A DNA stretch of 63,250 bases from Chiloscyllium plagiosum. Lineage: Eukaryota. Positions 1 through 14,088 of this stretch are shown here, piece by piece. The position numbers and the translations under genes are program-made. Numbering within the stretch: position 1 is the stretch's first letter; every line of letters begins with the position of its first letter. The notes under the pieces were generated by a model. The model searched no databases, was not told the DNA's origin, and saw nothing but the letters and a program-made list of their open reading frames with translations. Location of the stretch: the NCBI RefSeq assembly GCF_004010195.1, contig NC_057742.1, positions 43,323,368 to 43,386,617 on the forward strand, written 5' to 3'.

Positions 1-170
1 GGAACCCCATCCAGGAGAAAGATATAAATAGAAAGCAGGAGTCAACAGCTTCGCTTCACTTGGAGGTTACCACTGATGATGTTACCTAGCCAGGTAATGA
101 AACGTCTAGGTAATGAAACGTCTGGATATCAAACCTACAGCTCAGCGAGCAAACCTACACCCTAAACCTC
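1..170 (+). mobile_element. Penelope-like element terminal fragment with hammerhead core
   Basis: CTGATGA(73-79)-T-GTTACC-TAGCCA-GGTAAT-GAAACGTC. Related to 23330-23525. Confidence 0.65.
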
Positions 171-1500
171 ATATGTTTGAACTACGTACAATGTCCTTAT
201 CCACCTCCCAAATTTTCTTTGTTGATCCTTTCAACCTGAATGTAACTTTGACCAGGGTCCCTCCTCAGATTCCAGAAACATTACCTGTAAGCTTCTGACA
301 CTTGGTCACAAGCAGTTCAGATAACATTTTTCATTATATTGCCCAGATACTTCCTCTGATAGCAATGCAAATACCTTACTGGCTCTAACTTCCAAATTTG
401 TTTGGATCAACAAAACCCACATGGTCACTCATAATTTCATTTGATTCACAACTGAATTGTAAATGGCTTCCACATCCTTCTCTTCAAATTTAGACAATGT
501 TTGGACATATTTAAATACATCCTCACCAGGCCTTTGGCTATTAATGGTTTACTCATCATCACTACCCTTCTCACTAAGCCTGCTTTCTACCTTCAATTCC
601 ACCCTTTTAAGTCGACTTTCCTTTCTAATTGCTAGTTTCCGAACTTCAAGCTCTCTCTTTTTTCTGCTTTCCTACTTTAAACTTCTTCTGTTTCGACCAA
701 CTCTCCTCCTCTGGTTTCTCTTCTTTTAGTCATAATTCAAACTGTTTCATTTTATTTTATATTCTTTTTTTGTCTCCAATTCATGCTGTTGCATTCTCAA
801 TTGAATTTTAGCTGGTTCCAAATAGTTCAGTAGTATTTCAGCAACTTTAAGTAATATACATTTGCCGCAGTCATCTCCCCTTTCTTCAGTCAGAAGCAAC
901 CCCAGCTCCAGCTTGTTTGCTGGTTCCAAAAGCTTTGCATTTCTCATTTTTTGTAAAAATCTTAAAGTCACTTATTTTACCCACAGAAAATGCTTAGTGT
1001 CTGAAAGAGCTATTACTACTCTAGGTGCACCCTGTTTAAACCAACCAAATTCAACACTCGAAATGAATGACAGTAACAATTAGAACTCATAGCTTGAATG
1101 CAAATCCTAACCCAAACTAGAATTAGGCATTGTGATACAGACAATAGCCCTCAATTTGTAATGGAGTAGATCAGACCACCTCAAAATATTCTAAGAAAGT
1201 AACCGAGATCCTAACATTTTCTTTATTTTAAAGGCAAATGTGAAGTGTCTGTTCCAGATGCAATGCAGCCTGTCAAACTAGTCGACATTAAGCAAAAACA
1301 CAATTTATTTAAAAAGTACAGTTTAAATACAACCAAAGAAAGAGGAAAATTAGAATAATTTAACTCTATTGAAAACTTAGCAGAATGGTAGGTACAGTCA
1401 CTGCTACTAATTTTCTGCTGCAATGGGGTAGCATTCCACAAACACACTCTCTGGCAAAGAAAAGGCAAAATCAGGCAATATTTTCACGTACAGTTCTCCA
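171..1500 (-). mobile_element. Decayed Gypsy (Gmr1-like) LTR retrotransposon: gag plus probable 5' LTR
   Basis: Minus-strand remnants DVEAI...WVLLIQTNLEVRASKVFALLSEE...SEAYR.CFWNLRRDPGQSY preceded by a coiled-coil-like stretch. Degenerate PBS-like sequence next to TG at ~1157. Confidence 0.6.
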
Positions 1501-2910
1501 ATCTCAGGACCAATTTGCTATTCACAACTAGCTGAGAGCATCTGAACATAATTAGTTACCATGTAACCACCCAGCCCTGTAAGTGGCTTGGATTTCTAAA
1601 ATGTTTTTCAGCTTTCCAAAAAGATAACTGGGTGGGATAGAGTGAAGAGCACAAGGCATCCCAACTGTGTTCTGCTTGTTAGATTATCCAGAGGGTTCTT
1701 TCCTGTGCAGTATTTTTCATAAATTATCAGAGGCTTTTTTAAACGTCAGTGCAACCCATTTGTGATTGATTGCTATTGTGTCTGAAGAGAAAATATCCCT
1801 GAAAATCCTGTCTCTTCCAAATTGACTATTTTCTAATACAATACAGCAAAAAAATTGCTTTTGCATTTGTGCACAGGCAGTTCCTTTTTTCTTTGGCCTT
1901 TCAGGTATTGACTTTCTTGATTCTAAAAAATACACACATCAACTCAAGAAAGCAAAATGAATGAGGAAGTAAATCGGGTATGAACAGAAAAAAAAACACT
2001 GTCCATGTACAGATAAGAATCTTATAATTTCCAAGCCCCAAGTCCAGTCCAACACTCAAACTTATTGGATGAATGTTCTTCATCTAAAAGCACAGATTAA
2101 TTCTGTCTTTAACTCCGTGTTTCCAAATTATTAGTTGACGTTATTCAGAGCAGTAAAACAACCTAAGCAATGTTGGTATGGCTCAAAGATTTAACTGGAA
2201 TTTCTGCTAATCCCCCAACAATGCTGCAGAATTGCATTTGTGCAGTGCTTTCTACAGTCAACTTTGAAAGCACTTAGTTATCACATTTCAAAACTGAAAA
2301 GTCTGTTTAGAAGAACTTTTGGATTTCATGCATTCAGGAAGCAGCCATCCAAGTTAGATTACATGAAAAGCATACAACAGCACCATGGAGTGGGAGGAAT
2401 CCCAAAGTCAGGACACCAGGAACAAGTCACATGCTAAGTATATATGACTGCAGTAGATAGTGGTTTAATTCCTTTTCAGGCATTCACAGGAGGTTTTCAG
2501 GATAGCATGCAGTGAAGGGGCGTGAAGAGAGAAACTATTTCTTTAATAGTGCATCATCGTTGCAAAGTCGACAAATGACAATCCGAGAAGAACAACTTCA
2601 AAATCCTGATACCTGTACTGTAACACAAACAATTAAAAGGAAGAGTTTTGGCTGAATTGCACTGAGAAGTCTAAACAAGCCAATCTCTCACAATAATGAA
2701 ATAGTCCAATCAGTGGAGATCAAGCCCAGCAGCTACTTGAACGTGATTGTTACGGTTTGGAGTGCTGTTTGCCACCCTACTTAAGAGGGTGTCTTCATGA
2801 GAAAGCCTCTCCATTATTTTACAGGATGTTCTGGCTCTCCAGCAATTCTTCTTATATTGTTAAATTCCAAATCAAAAATACAATTTAGCCAGATGTCAGA
2901 TCAAACTTAC

Positions 2911-2983
2911 ATTTTTATCATTGTTGTCTTTCTGTAGGATCGATACTACCGCTTCCTTGTTTGATCATTTAAAATGTTCGCTT
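2911..2983 (-). pseudogene. Repeat exon H (73 nt, degenerate): SEHFK*SNKEAVVSILQKDNNDK
   Basis: ttgcag acceptor, gtaagt donor, homologous flanks. Contains a stop and its length is not a multiple of 3. Confidence 0.55.
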
Positions 2984-3644
2984 CTGCAATTGATCACAAA
3001 CCACAAAATAAAAAGCAAATCAAAATAGTGTTTGGGTTTATAATTGGTTATCATTTAAATAAAAACTGGAGTCTCAAAATTCAACATTTCAAGTCCCAGT
3101 CAGCTAATTTTATTAAATAAGGTCATACTCCAAATGTAAAATTGCACAAGGTGATGTATACTTTTTAAAAATTCCTCAGGAAATTTTCAAGAAATGACTT
3201 TAAGGGCCAAAGCAGGTTTCCAGCATTGGAAGCAGCAGGTGACAACAGAGAAAAGGAGCAGGCGCAAAGAGTGAAGCTACTTCGTCAACAGCTTATGTTG
3301 CTGCATAGTCTACAAATATCAGTCTGAGATAAACTCAACGCCTTCATGTTCAACAGCTGCTTGTCCTTCACAAAGTGCTTAGCATTCTTGTTTCTACGGA
3401 TTAATGAGAAACTATGCAAGTAATTGAGAAGCTGTTTCTTCATGAATGTACTATGATCTGGAGCGGTGTCATGCCATCGTTTTAGTAGTATGTCTTAGAG
3501 CGCCATACACCACAGAAACATTTACATCTTCACGAAGAGATTCTGATGATCGAACATATGGCCACCAGCTCTCCAGGGAATCTCCTTTCATGTTACAGTA
3601 TTGCAAATGAAACATAATATGGTCACACAGTGGATCAAACTTAC

Positions 3645-3731
3645 TTCTTGACTGTCACTTCCTTATCAGGTTAGCTCAGATTCTCAAGCTCCTGAGAATT
3701 TCCAGAGAGTTTCGACTCAACGTCTTTGCAG
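3645..3731 (-). pseudogene. Repeat exon G (87 nt): CKDVESKLSGNSQELENLS*PDKEVTVK
   Basis: ttgcag acceptor, gtaagt donor, phase 2-2, one in-frame TAA. Confidence 0.65.
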
Positions 3732-4671
3732 CTGCAATTGAACATGAAGGACAAATTAAAACATTTCAAGCAAACACTTTCATCTACAATTAAAGCTGTT
3801 AAAATACCATGAACACTGAAGATTCTGAATTTCAAGCCTTCATCAGATGGTTCTATTAAACAGGTTACACACTAGATGGCGAGGATTTCTTAGTCAGCAT
3901 AAAAAGTGCGCCGGTATGCTCCCTAAGTATTGTTGCTTGAGGCTGAGATATCAACTCTTTAGAAGCCTTCCCACCAAGATGAATATAGTTGCTAGATTTA
4001 TCCATACACTTTTGAAAAAAAAAAGTAAATGTTGTAATTGTCCACTCCTCTCAAAGCATCCCTGTATTTGAACAGGATTAGGTTGTTGTGGACAATGCCA
4101 CTGCAGCTTCAAGATTATTTTTCTCAGTATCCTCGGGTGACTCCAATTCAATTTTTATCAGTTACCAACACCCTAGGACAATCAACCTTTCTAACAGAAG
4201 CAGAAATTGCTGTAGAAGCTCAGTGCATCACAGGACTCAAAAATATTAACTGTGCTTTCTCACCACAGATGCTGCCAGACCTGCTGAGTTTCTCTCACTA
4301 TTTCTTTCTTTGTTTCAGATTTCCAGCATCTACAGTTCTGTTTTATTTTAGCCTTTCTAAAATTCTGTCAAACTGCAGCTCACACATGTCTGAATTATAT
4401 TTCTTTTCACCATGAATTGGACATCAGCTCCCACTTTATATTATCTCACTAGGCCTTTGCCCCCATGAAGTTTGAACAGCGGTTTTATGGTAATTGGCCC
4501 CAGTCATTCTTCTGCTCTCCTTTCAGTGTTTGTGACTAAGGCTAACTTTTGGATTCCCTTTTAATGTTAGTTGCCAGTCTCATTTACTTCTTCAATTACT
4601 CTCTGAACTGCCTATGTTTAGCTTGGTTCTCGCTGGAGTTACCAATAATCCTATTCCTTACTAACATCAAC

Positions 4672-5953
4672 ATGCAGCATGTCTCAATGACTACCGCCCA
4701 ATGGCTCTAACTTCAGTGGTCATGATGTTCTTTAAAAGGCTGGTCATGGCATTAATCAACTGCAGCCTCCCCACTACTCTTGACCCTCTCAAATTTGTCT
4801 ACCAGATCCATGTCAGATGCCATATCACGTTCCCTTCACTCCTCCCTAGAACATCTTGATACCAAGAACAGCTGCGTAAGAATCCTACTCATTGACTACA
4901 GTTCAGTCTTCAACACTATTATCCCCTTGAGGCTGATTACTAAACTTAGTGATCTTGGTCTAAGCCCCACTCTCTGCAACTGGATCCTCAGTTTCCTGAC
5001 CCACAGGCCACAATCAGTGAAGATTGGGGATAATATTTCATCATCACTAACACTCAACACTGGAGCCCCCCAGGAGTGCAAACTCAGCCCCCTACTGTAC
5101 TCACTGTATACCCATGACTGCATCGCCAAATACCAGACTAATGACATTTCACTGATGACACCACCATAGTCAGTCGAATCTCAGATGGCAACAAAACAGA
5201 CTACAGACGGGAGGTGGCCGACCTGATAAAATGGTGCGCTGAGAACAACCTGGCTGTCAATGTAAGCAAAACCAAGAAACTCATCATTGACTTTTGGCAG
5301 GATGTTAACAGCACAGAGATGAAATGACTGGAGTGTGTCAATCTCCTGGGAGTGGTCATCCACAACAAGCTTTCTTGGACTCTTCATGTGAATGCACTGG
5401 TTACAAAGGCCCAAGAACATCTCTTCCTCAGGCAGCTGAGGAAATTTGGCATGACGGTGAATACCCTTGCCAATTTTTATAGGTGCGCCATCGAGAGCAT
5501 TCTGTCTGGATGTATCACTATGGTTTGGCAAATGTACCATTCAAGATCGGAGACGGTTACAGAGAGTGGTGGACTCGACCCGGACAATCACAAAGGCCAA
5601 TCTCCCATCTCCCAGGCTCACTGTCAAGGAAAGGCCACCAGCATTCTGAACGATCCATCCCACCCTGGCAATGTTTTTCTACAACCTCCACCATTGGGAG
5701 AAGATACAGAAGCCTGAACACATGCACTAACTGGTTTTGTAACAGTTTCTACCCTACTGTTGTTAGAATATTGAATGGACTCACAAACTCTTAACATTCA
5801 CCCATACCTGTGTTTTTTATTGTTTTTGCTGTTGTTTACCTGTTATTTGCTATTAGTGCTACTTGAATCTGTGATCTGCCTGTATTGCATGCAGCCAAAG
5901 CATTTCACTGTGTCTCAGTAAACGTGACAATAAATTCAATTCAATTCAATTCA
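4672..5953 (+). mobile_element. Rex1/Babar-type LINE, 5'-truncated RT
   Basis: [16 protein letters not shown]...[16 protein letters not shown]...[21 protein letters not shown]. Frameshifted, ends in an (ATTCA)n tail. Confidence 0.85.
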
Positions 5954-6962
5954 TGCAGCGAAATAGAGTTTTGTTTTTGCCACTATTTTCTGTTTGTGGA
6001 AACATTGAGACTGTAGCTGAACAATCTCCTCTTGGAAGGCACACTGTTATTTCATTGCAGTTTTGTCCAAACTTGTGCTCAAATTTACTTGTCCGCTTGC
6101 CCCATTGAAATTGACCCTTCTTCAATTCAGAAGTATTCTGGATTGTTCCTTGTTCACTTCTAAAGCCAAACTAACAATCTTATGATACAATGATCAGTAC
6201 TTCATTAAATGATCTCTGTCTGATATTTGATATATTGCGTACGTGCGCACAGGAGGCAGTGCAGGTTGAAGATATTGTTAGGATTATGACCTTTATAAAT
6301 CGGAGCATCACATTCAAAACAAAAAAGTTATGACAAATCTCTATTAAAGAAATCCTGATTTCCCCTTAACTCTAGTATTTAAGCACCATGCTTCAGGAAA
6401 GGATTTGAAAGATTGCACAAAAGTTTCACAAAAATATACCAAGTGATGAGCAATTAGACAACTATGTGGATAGAGTCTGTTTCTCTATAACATGATAGTT
6501 AGATTCAAGCGTAAACCCATGTTATAGAAAAAAATACACTTTAGAAACAACACTTGAAGTGTTGGTGGTGTAATTGTGTTACAGCCAACACACGTTTAAA
6601 AACTTTATGCTTTAGAAACAAAATCCCCAATTCGCCTATTGAATTACAGCAAATTCATGTTGACGAAATACACGTTATAGCAGAATGACCTGTTGCTTGA
6701 AGAAGCTTGGGCTGCTCTGCTTGGAGAAGAGAAGACTAAGAAGACATTTTACAAGTGTTCAAAATCTTGCGGGATTTGGATAGGACTTATTGGATAGATA
6801 AGAACATACAGTTCCTAATGGCAGACGACTTCAGAAGAAAAGGACACTGATTTGAGATGAGCTGCAAAACAAACCAGTACTGACAAGGAACTGTAATGCT
6901 CTATCTAACAGTGACAGCTTTAATTGAGATCTCCAAAAGGGAACTACAATTTTTGAAAGGAG

Positions 6963-7272
6963 AGATTAGATTGCATTACAGTGTGGAAACAGGCCCTTCG
7001 GCCCAACAAGTCCACACCGACCCACCGAAGCACAACCCACCCATACCCCTACATTTACCCCTTACCTAACACTATGGGCAATTTAGTATGGTCAATTCAC
7101 CTGACCTGCACATCTTTGGACTGTGGGAGGAAACCGGAGCACCTAGAGGAAACCCATGCAGACACGGGGAGAACGTGCAAACTCCACACAGTCAGTCGCC
7201 TGAGTGGGGAATTGAACCTGGGTCTCTGGCGCTGTGAGGCAGCAGTGGTAACCACTGTGCCACCGTGCCGCC
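6963..7272 (-). mobile_element. tRNA-derived shark SINE (HE1-like)
   Basis: tRNA-like head (cagtggt..cactgctgcctcacagcgccagagaccc.ggttcaattc) and CR1-like tail ending in (taatc)n. Near-identical to 12370-12668. Confidence 0.85.
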
Positions 7273-7464
7273 CAGAGGTTTTGCAATATTACCTAGTACA
7301 ATGAGTTGGGAGTGAATGTAGACAAGTTCCTCTTTGAGAGCTGGTACAAACATGATCAAATGTTTGTATAACATTGCATGAACTGCCAGCAATCCAGCTA
7401 TTTCTTACCAGTTTGTTATATTCTGAATAATGACTAACATAGTCACACTTGCAATTAAACTTAC

Positions 7465-7542
7465 TTTACAATTATTTCACTTGCTCCAGGAGAATACCTA
7501 TTTTCATTTTCCTCAGTGCTTGACCTGTCAATATTTCTAGAA
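7465..7542 (-). pseudogene. 26-aa repeat exon F (78 nt): SRNIDRSSTEENENRYSPGASEIIV
   Basis: ttgcag acceptor, gtaagt donor, open in phase 2-2. Confidence 0.75.
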
Positions 7543-8133
7543 CTGCAATTGATCAAAGCACACAAATTAAGTCATTTAAAACAAGCAAACTGACCCAGAA
7601 TTAAATCCAACCCAATTTAGCAAAAAAAATATAGACTTGGGATTCAGTATTTCAAGCCTCGTCAACTAGTTTTGTTAAGTTAGTCAATGACTACACAATA
7701 TGGTAGTTTTGGTATGGATTCATTTGAATTCCATCAGATTTCAACAGGACACCACAATGAGGCTGTGCTGGGGGAAGGAGATGGAAGAGACAGAACAGGG
7801 TAAGAAGAAAAAAAAACTCTTCGGTATTTCACCCATTTCTGGGTTATGCAACAACTAAATACCGAAAAACAAAACTAAACCAACGATTGAAAATCTTTGG
7901 ATGTTTTATGCTGATTCAACATTACCTAATCTCTCAAAATGAGCCAAACATTTGAGAACCAGTCAAGCAGTTGCTTCATGTGATTACTATAGTCTGGACT
8001 GGTGTTCACTGCACTGCCATAGGATACCTTCCTGAGGCAATCCTGACATAATCTTACAAAAACTATCAGCAGTTCCCTGTCACATTATTAGATCCCAAAT
8101 GCAAATGTCATTCTGACATCAGATCAAAATTGC

Positions 8134-8211
8134 TTGCCAATCACTCCTTTAGTTTCTGACACACTTAAATTTCCATCTCCTTCACAGTGGGAAATGTCAA
8201 CACTTTCACAG
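8134..8211 (-). pseudogene. 26-aa repeat exon E (78 nt): CESVDISHCEGDGNLSVSETKGVIG
   Basis: cgcag acceptor, gcaatt (GC-type or mutated) donor, open phase-2 frame. Confidence 0.65.
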
Positions 8212-8984
8212 CTGCGACTTGTCATAAAGAACCAGTTAAATCATTTTAAATGTGCACATGATCACAATTTTACTATTTGGCTTCTTATCAACATCTAGAT
8301 TTTTAGCTGTGAGGGCAGGAGCCAATGGATGGATGCGGAGTAAAGAGGTCAAATAAAGAACCTCTGCACTGAGACAGAGGAAAGAACATCCCAAATGCAA
8401 GGATTTAAGTTTAACTTCCTCATCTTTTAAGAAGAAACTCAACATCTTTAAGGCTACAGTCAATTCAACCCTCATGAGCACAACTTGTAACTCAATGTTT
8501 GATTCAAAATGCTAACATAGTAATTTCTCATTGCTGAAATTCACTGAAGCTTAATGTTATATTAGTCACCATTGACGATTTGTTAAAAAGATTATTTTAT
8601 TATTTTTTTCTTTCCTGCCCCTTAAATAGTTCTGAGTTTATTTATAGATCTGGGCATAAACCCAGGATTAATTCCACGTCTCTGGCTCAGAGCAGTATAA
8701 TAACGTCTCAATTTAGGCTTCTATTGATCAATGACACCAGGAAAATTGTGTGAATGTGATGCTGCCTATATTCAAATCACCGTGAAAGCACTTTATAAGC
8801 TTGATACAAATAAATAGCCAATACTTGGGAAAGTGCCTGACTCCAAGGATACACATGGCAGCTGGGCAACTTAGATTATAAAAAATGCAAAGCACTCAAT
8901 GGCAGCACTGAATGGGAGATATACCTAGGCTAGGAAACCAGGAGCAGGTCACACTCTTAATTGTAGCCATATGTCTTCAAATGT

Positions 8985-10035
8985 CACAGGTGCTTAGAGG
9001 GCATGGAATGCAGGGGGAGCTGTCAATTTTGATAAACAATTGGCTTGATGGAAGGAAGCAGGGGGTAACAGTGGAAGGAGGCCTGTGCCTAATAGAGTCC
9101 CTTGGGGTTTGTGCTGGGCCCATTGCTGTTTGTTATCTATGTCAATGACTTTGATGAAGATGTACAAGGTATGATTGGTAAGTTTGCAGATGACACTAAA
9201 ATAAGAGATATCGTGAACAGAGAGAAAGAATATCAGAAATTGCAGCAGGATGTTGATCACCTGGGAAGTGTACCGAAAATGGCAAATGGAGTTTAATATA
9301 GATAAATTTGAGGTGCTACATTTGGAAAGTCAAATCACAGCAGGGGTTTCATAATGAATGGTAGGACCTTAAGGAGTGTAGTGGAACAGAGGGACCTTGG
9401 AGTTCAGGTGCACAGTTCTCTGAAAGTGGAGTCACAGATAGACAGAGCATAGGGTATCGAGTATTGAGAATTTGGGAAGTTGTGTTGCACAGTTGTTCAG
9501 GACATTGGTGAAACCGCACTTGGAGTATTGTGCTCAGATTTGTTCATCTTGTTACAGGAAGGATGTTATTAAACTGGAAAGAGCACAGAAGAAATCTACA
9601 AGGATGTTGCTTGGATTCAACAGTCTGAGTTAGAGGGAGGTGTTGGACTTTGTTTCTTTACAGCTTAGAAGACTGAGGGAATATCTTATAGAAGAGTATA
9701 TTATCATGAGAGGCATGGATAGCATGAATGCGCTCCGTACTTTTCCTATGATTGGGGAATGAGGACATCAGTTAAGATTAGAGGGGAACAAGTAAAAAGG
9801 AACCTGTGGGCCAACATTTTACATAGGTGCACATTTGGACTGAACTGCCTCTGGAGGTGGTTGATGTGGGTACATTAACAGCATTTAAAATGCATTTGAA
9901 CAAATACAAGGATATGAAAGAATTAGAAGGATATAGGCCAAGTGCAGGGAAATGGGGTTATCATTGATGGACATTTGGTCAGCATGGACCAGTTTGGGCC
10001 AAAGGGCCTGTCTTCATACTGTAGGACTCTCTGAC
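8985..10035 (+). mobile_element. CR1 LINE 3' fragment
   Basis: GPLLFVIYVNDFD...KFADDTKI RT motifs, decayed. Confidence 0.85.
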
Positions 10036-10480
10036 ACAACGGTGAACTTAGAGGAAGTTTGGGTGGTAATGGTGGTTGCCGTGGTTGGGGGGAGGGGGGA
10101 TATGGAGAAGACGCACATGAACAGGAAATAGGAAGAGAAGAGATGAGATTGGGTGGAGGAGAGCAACCCATTTTTATGGTATTTTCATTGTAGCCACATT
10201 GTTCAGAAATATCACCCCAATATTGATCAGCAAGCAATTTCCCATCTAAATGTTTTGGATGCTTCAATATTTGTATTATTATTTAAGTTAACTCTGTCTA
10301 ATTTTAAATTCAAGGAAAGCAGTCCAGCAGCCTCTTTAATGTGAATGCTGTAGCTGGATGGCATTTGTTGCATTGCACAAAAACCTTTGAAGGAATCAAT
10401 GGTTCTCCAACATTCTCTTTTCACATTGCTGCATTCCAAAGGAATCAGGATTAAACCACATCAAAATCACATCACAGTGC

Positions 10481-10557
10481 TTCCTAATGGTTACACTCAT
10501 CTCTGGCAAACATGCTTCCCTTCCTCCTGACAATGTGGACTGCCAAAATGGCTGCAC
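10481..10557 (-). pseudogene. 26-aa repeat exon D (77 nt, degenerate): CSHFGSPHCQEEGKHV/PEMSVTIR
   Basis: Matches the repeat pattern and flanking intron motif. Both splice sites are decayed and there is a 1-nt deletion. Confidence 0.5.
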
Positions 10558-10749
10558 CCACAAGTGGTCGTGAAGCACAAATTAATTACAGGACTTCCAT
10601 CTGCAAACCACTTGCAAACACTTGAAAATAAGTCTCAAAGAGAAAAAGGGTCAGCAATTTAAGTCCTCATTTGGTCAAAATCCAGAACTATAACTACACT
10701 AGATGGTCTGCTTTCCAAACCTTCTGAGAAAATATTTAGGTCACTCTCG

Positions 10750-11060
10750 ATTAGATTAGATTAGATTAGATTCCCTACAGTATGGAAACAGGCCCTTCAG
10801 CCCAACAAGTCCACACTGATCTTCCGAAGAGTAACCCACCCAGACCCATTTCCCTCTGACTAATGCATCTAACACTATGGGCAATTTAACATGGCCAATT
10901 CACCTAACCTGCACATCTTTGGACTGTGGGAGGAAACCGGAATACCCAGAGGAAACCCATGCAGACACGGGGAGAATGTGCAAACTCCAGACAGACAGTC
11001 ACCCAAAGTTGGAATTGAACCCGGGTCTCTGGCGTTGTGAGGCAGCAATGCTAACCACTC
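10750..11060 (-). mobile_element. HE1-like SINE
   Basis: Same family as 6963-7272, with (GATTA)n tail. Confidence 0.85.
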
Positions 11061-11426
11061 CAGTTTGGTAGGCTGATGCATTTGTGGGTGGGGTGGTGTT
11101 GTTGAGAGGATAAGCATTTTAACAGTGTTGCAAGGTACACTATACCAAGATCTGAGAGCCAATCCGTTTTCAATTGAAGATCTTTGGATGTTTTCTACGG
11201 ATCAAAGGCTGAATGTTGTCATCAATATTGACTCTTGGCAATGACCTTGGAGAGGGTAAATTTGTTTTTTTAATGTGAGTTTTATCACCTCGAATGGTAT
11301 TTGTTAGACTGCTGTAGGATCCATCACAGGGTGGTTCCGGCATAACCTTACAAGAGCAACTGTCTTTCCAGCAATTTCTTTTCATGGTATGTATTGTGAA
11401 TGAAGCACAGGATGGATCAAACGTAC

Positions 11427-11504
11427 TTTGAAACATCTACTGTCTCTTTTGGTGGACATAGTTTTTCAATGTTCTCAGAGTGTGGGTTATCAAGGGGTTC
11501 AGAC
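11427..11504 (-). pseudogene. 26-aa repeat exon C (78 nt): SEPLDNPHSENIEKLCPPKETVDVS
   Basis: tacag acceptor, gtacgt donor, open in phase 2-2. Confidence 0.7.
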
Positions 11505-12254
11505 CTGTACTTAGATAGAAGGTTGACCTTAAAGGTATTTTAAACAAGCGCTTGCACACAAAAGTGGCTTACAAACAAAAGGAACATTTAAATACTTAGT
11601 TTGGAGTCGATAGACCATTAAAAATAGGCCCATTTGGCCTTTTGGGATAACACTGCCTTTCGGTCCTGGCTGATATGTTTCTCAATCTTCTTTGCCAGCT
11701 TTCACCCAGAAACCTTGAACCTCTTTCAAATCAGGAACTTATCTCTGTCTAGGTAGATTTAATGACTTGGCCTCCAGGCCATGAGTTCCGCAGCTTAATC
11801 ACCCCCCGACTGAATAATTCTTCCTTATCTCAGTTCTAAAGGTTGGACCCTTCACTCAGCAACTGCACCCACACGTCCTAATCTCCACTACTAGTGGAAA
11901 CAACTTCTCTATTCCATGTGCAATCTTTCTCAGCCACTCAGAATTCTGTAATTTTCAGTGAGATTCCCCACCCAACCCAAACTCCATGCCATCCAGACCC
12001 AACGTCTTCATATGACAAGCCCTCTACAAATTTTCAAGTCCTTATCAACCAGATTTGTTAAACAGCCTACACTCCAGATATATGTAATTCCAATAGATCG
12101 TGTCTATTTTTTCTCTCCATGTTTTCTCAGTGTTAGCAATTGTGCCTGGCAGAGGGGCTGGAGAGCTGCAAGGAAGAAGGAATGGAAAAGAAAATCCTGA
12201 CACATAATAAATGTGAATGAGTTTTAAACACTAACCAGGGATGCTGAAATGCAA

Positions 12255-12770
12255 CCAAAAGAGAAAATGCTGGAAAATCTCAGCAGGTCTGAACAGCATC
12301 TGTAAGGAGAGAAAAGAGCCGATGTTTCAAGTCTAACTGACCCTTTGTTAAAGCTAAAAAAGGGGGTTAGCACAGTGGTTAGCACTGCTGCCTCACAGCG
12401 CCAGAGACCCGGGTTCAATTCCTGCCTCAGGCGACTGACTGTGTGGAGTTTGCACGTTCTCCCCGTGTCTGCGTGGGTTTCCTCTAGGTGCTCCGGTTTC
12501 CTCCCACAGTCCAAAGATGTGCAGGTCAGGTGAATTGGCCATGTTAAATTGCCTGTAGTGTTAGGTAAGGGGTAAATGTAGGGGTATGGGTGGGTTGCGC
12601 TTCGGCGGGTCGGTGTGGACTTGTTGGGCCGAAGGGCCTGTTTCCACACTGTAATGTAATCTAATCTAGACTCGAAATGTCAGCTCTTTTCTCTCTTTAC
12701 AGATATGCTGAGATTTTCCAGCATTTTCTCTTTTGGTTTCAGATTCCAGCATCCACAGTAATTTGCTTTT
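12255..12770. mobile_element. Fold-back Penelope-type insertion with a SINE (12370-12668, +) at its centre and a 14-bp TSD
   Basis: Inverted arms ccaaaagagaaaatgctggaaaatctcagca / tgctgagattttccagcattttctcttttgg. Direct repeat atgctgaaatgcaa at 12241-12254 and 12771-12784. Confidence 0.8.
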
Positions 12771-13017
12771 ATGCTGAAATGCAAGCAATTTTTCAAATTT
12801 TCTATTGAGCTGATACAACTATTTTGGAAAAATCACTCTAATCACAGCAGTAATGCGAATCTGTGGTCTGGAATGGTGGGGTTTGCTGTAGCATCATGGG
12901 ATGTTTTCAAAAGGAAGTTCATATATAAATCTTATGTAAACTGCCTGCTCTCCAGCAATTTCTTATCATACTCGGTTCTGACCAAAGCAGAACTTAGTCC
13001 TACTTGAGTGAACTTAA

Positions 13018-13095
13018 TTTTTGATTTCCGTAATGTTTTCTGGAGAAAGTGAACTTCCAGTTTTTTTCCAGATTGAGCTGTCAAGATTTTCATTT
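13018..13095 (-). pseudogene. 26-aa repeat exon B (78 nt): NENLDSSIWKKTGSSLSPENITEIK
   Basis: cttag acceptor, open phase-2 frame, donor mutated to ttaagt. Flanking intron is homologous to the other units. Confidence 0.65.
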
Positions 13096-14088
13096 CTAAG
13101 GTTAAACAATTAGAAAGCATAAATTGGCATTTAAAACAATCAAAGGCATCTACATTTAAATGTATGAAAAAATAAACCCAAAGATGCAGTATTTCACTTA
13201 GTACTTAGATTTGTTTTAAAAAATGGTCATTTACTAAGTGTATGATTGCAGTATATGGTGATTTTATTTTCTTTCAACTTTCACAGAAGTTTGCAGAGCA
13301 CCATAGTCTGTACGTTTTTGGGGTGGGGAGGGAGCATTAGGTGGGGCATGTAATAATATTGGGAAGCTGAAAGTTTGGTATTCAATTTCTTCAATGTTTA
13401 CCCTCATTGCATAGTCCAATGCTTCGAAGCGAACAACTGACAACCCGAACATTGAAGGGCAAGAAATGTTCTATTAAAGACAGTGTGTTAATGCACGCTC
13501 AAATATTCATTGCCAATCAACTGGGAGGTGGGAGGATTGGGAAAATGGCAGAAGGGAGTCTGGCACCTTCCCATAATTATGCCATGTTGATATAGACCAC
13601 TTCTCTATCACATTTTGACACTCTATGACCTCTTAGGCCTGTCTCCCTTACTTCTATAATGGTGCCTGCCTTCACAGCCTCAGTGATAATCAGCATGAAC
13701 ATTAGGCATAAGAAATGTCCTGATCTGTCATCCCTCTCACTGAGCTAGCAGCTCTTTACATTTCCTGTAATGTAAAAGAACAAACTGCTGAAGCTGATAA
13801 TCTGAAAGAAAAACAGATGTTGTTGGAGAAACTAAATAAGTTTCCAGTATCTTTGAGGAGAAAGCAGAATTCATGTTGAGTCAAGTGACCCGTCCTCAGA
13901 AATCTGAAATTCTGAATAAGTCACTCAACTCAAAACTTTCCCTCGACAGATGCAGCCCAGATCTAATATGTTTCAGTAGAAAGTCTCTACAAAATGTTCC
14001 TGAAAATGTCAGCACTTCAGCAATTGCCTATTACATTGTTGTATTCTGAATAAAACATTATTTTGTCACACATTGGATCAATAATTAC

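Noticed and set aside
6981-7304. Recurrent ORFs of the type WPIHLTCTSLDCGRKPEHLEETHADTGR
   Set aside because: Antisense translations of the SINE family, not genes.
10500-10600. A20-type zinc finger-like CFTTTCGCSHFGSPHC
   Set aside because: Better explained as a degenerate member of the 78-nt exon array. The Cys spacing is incomplete.
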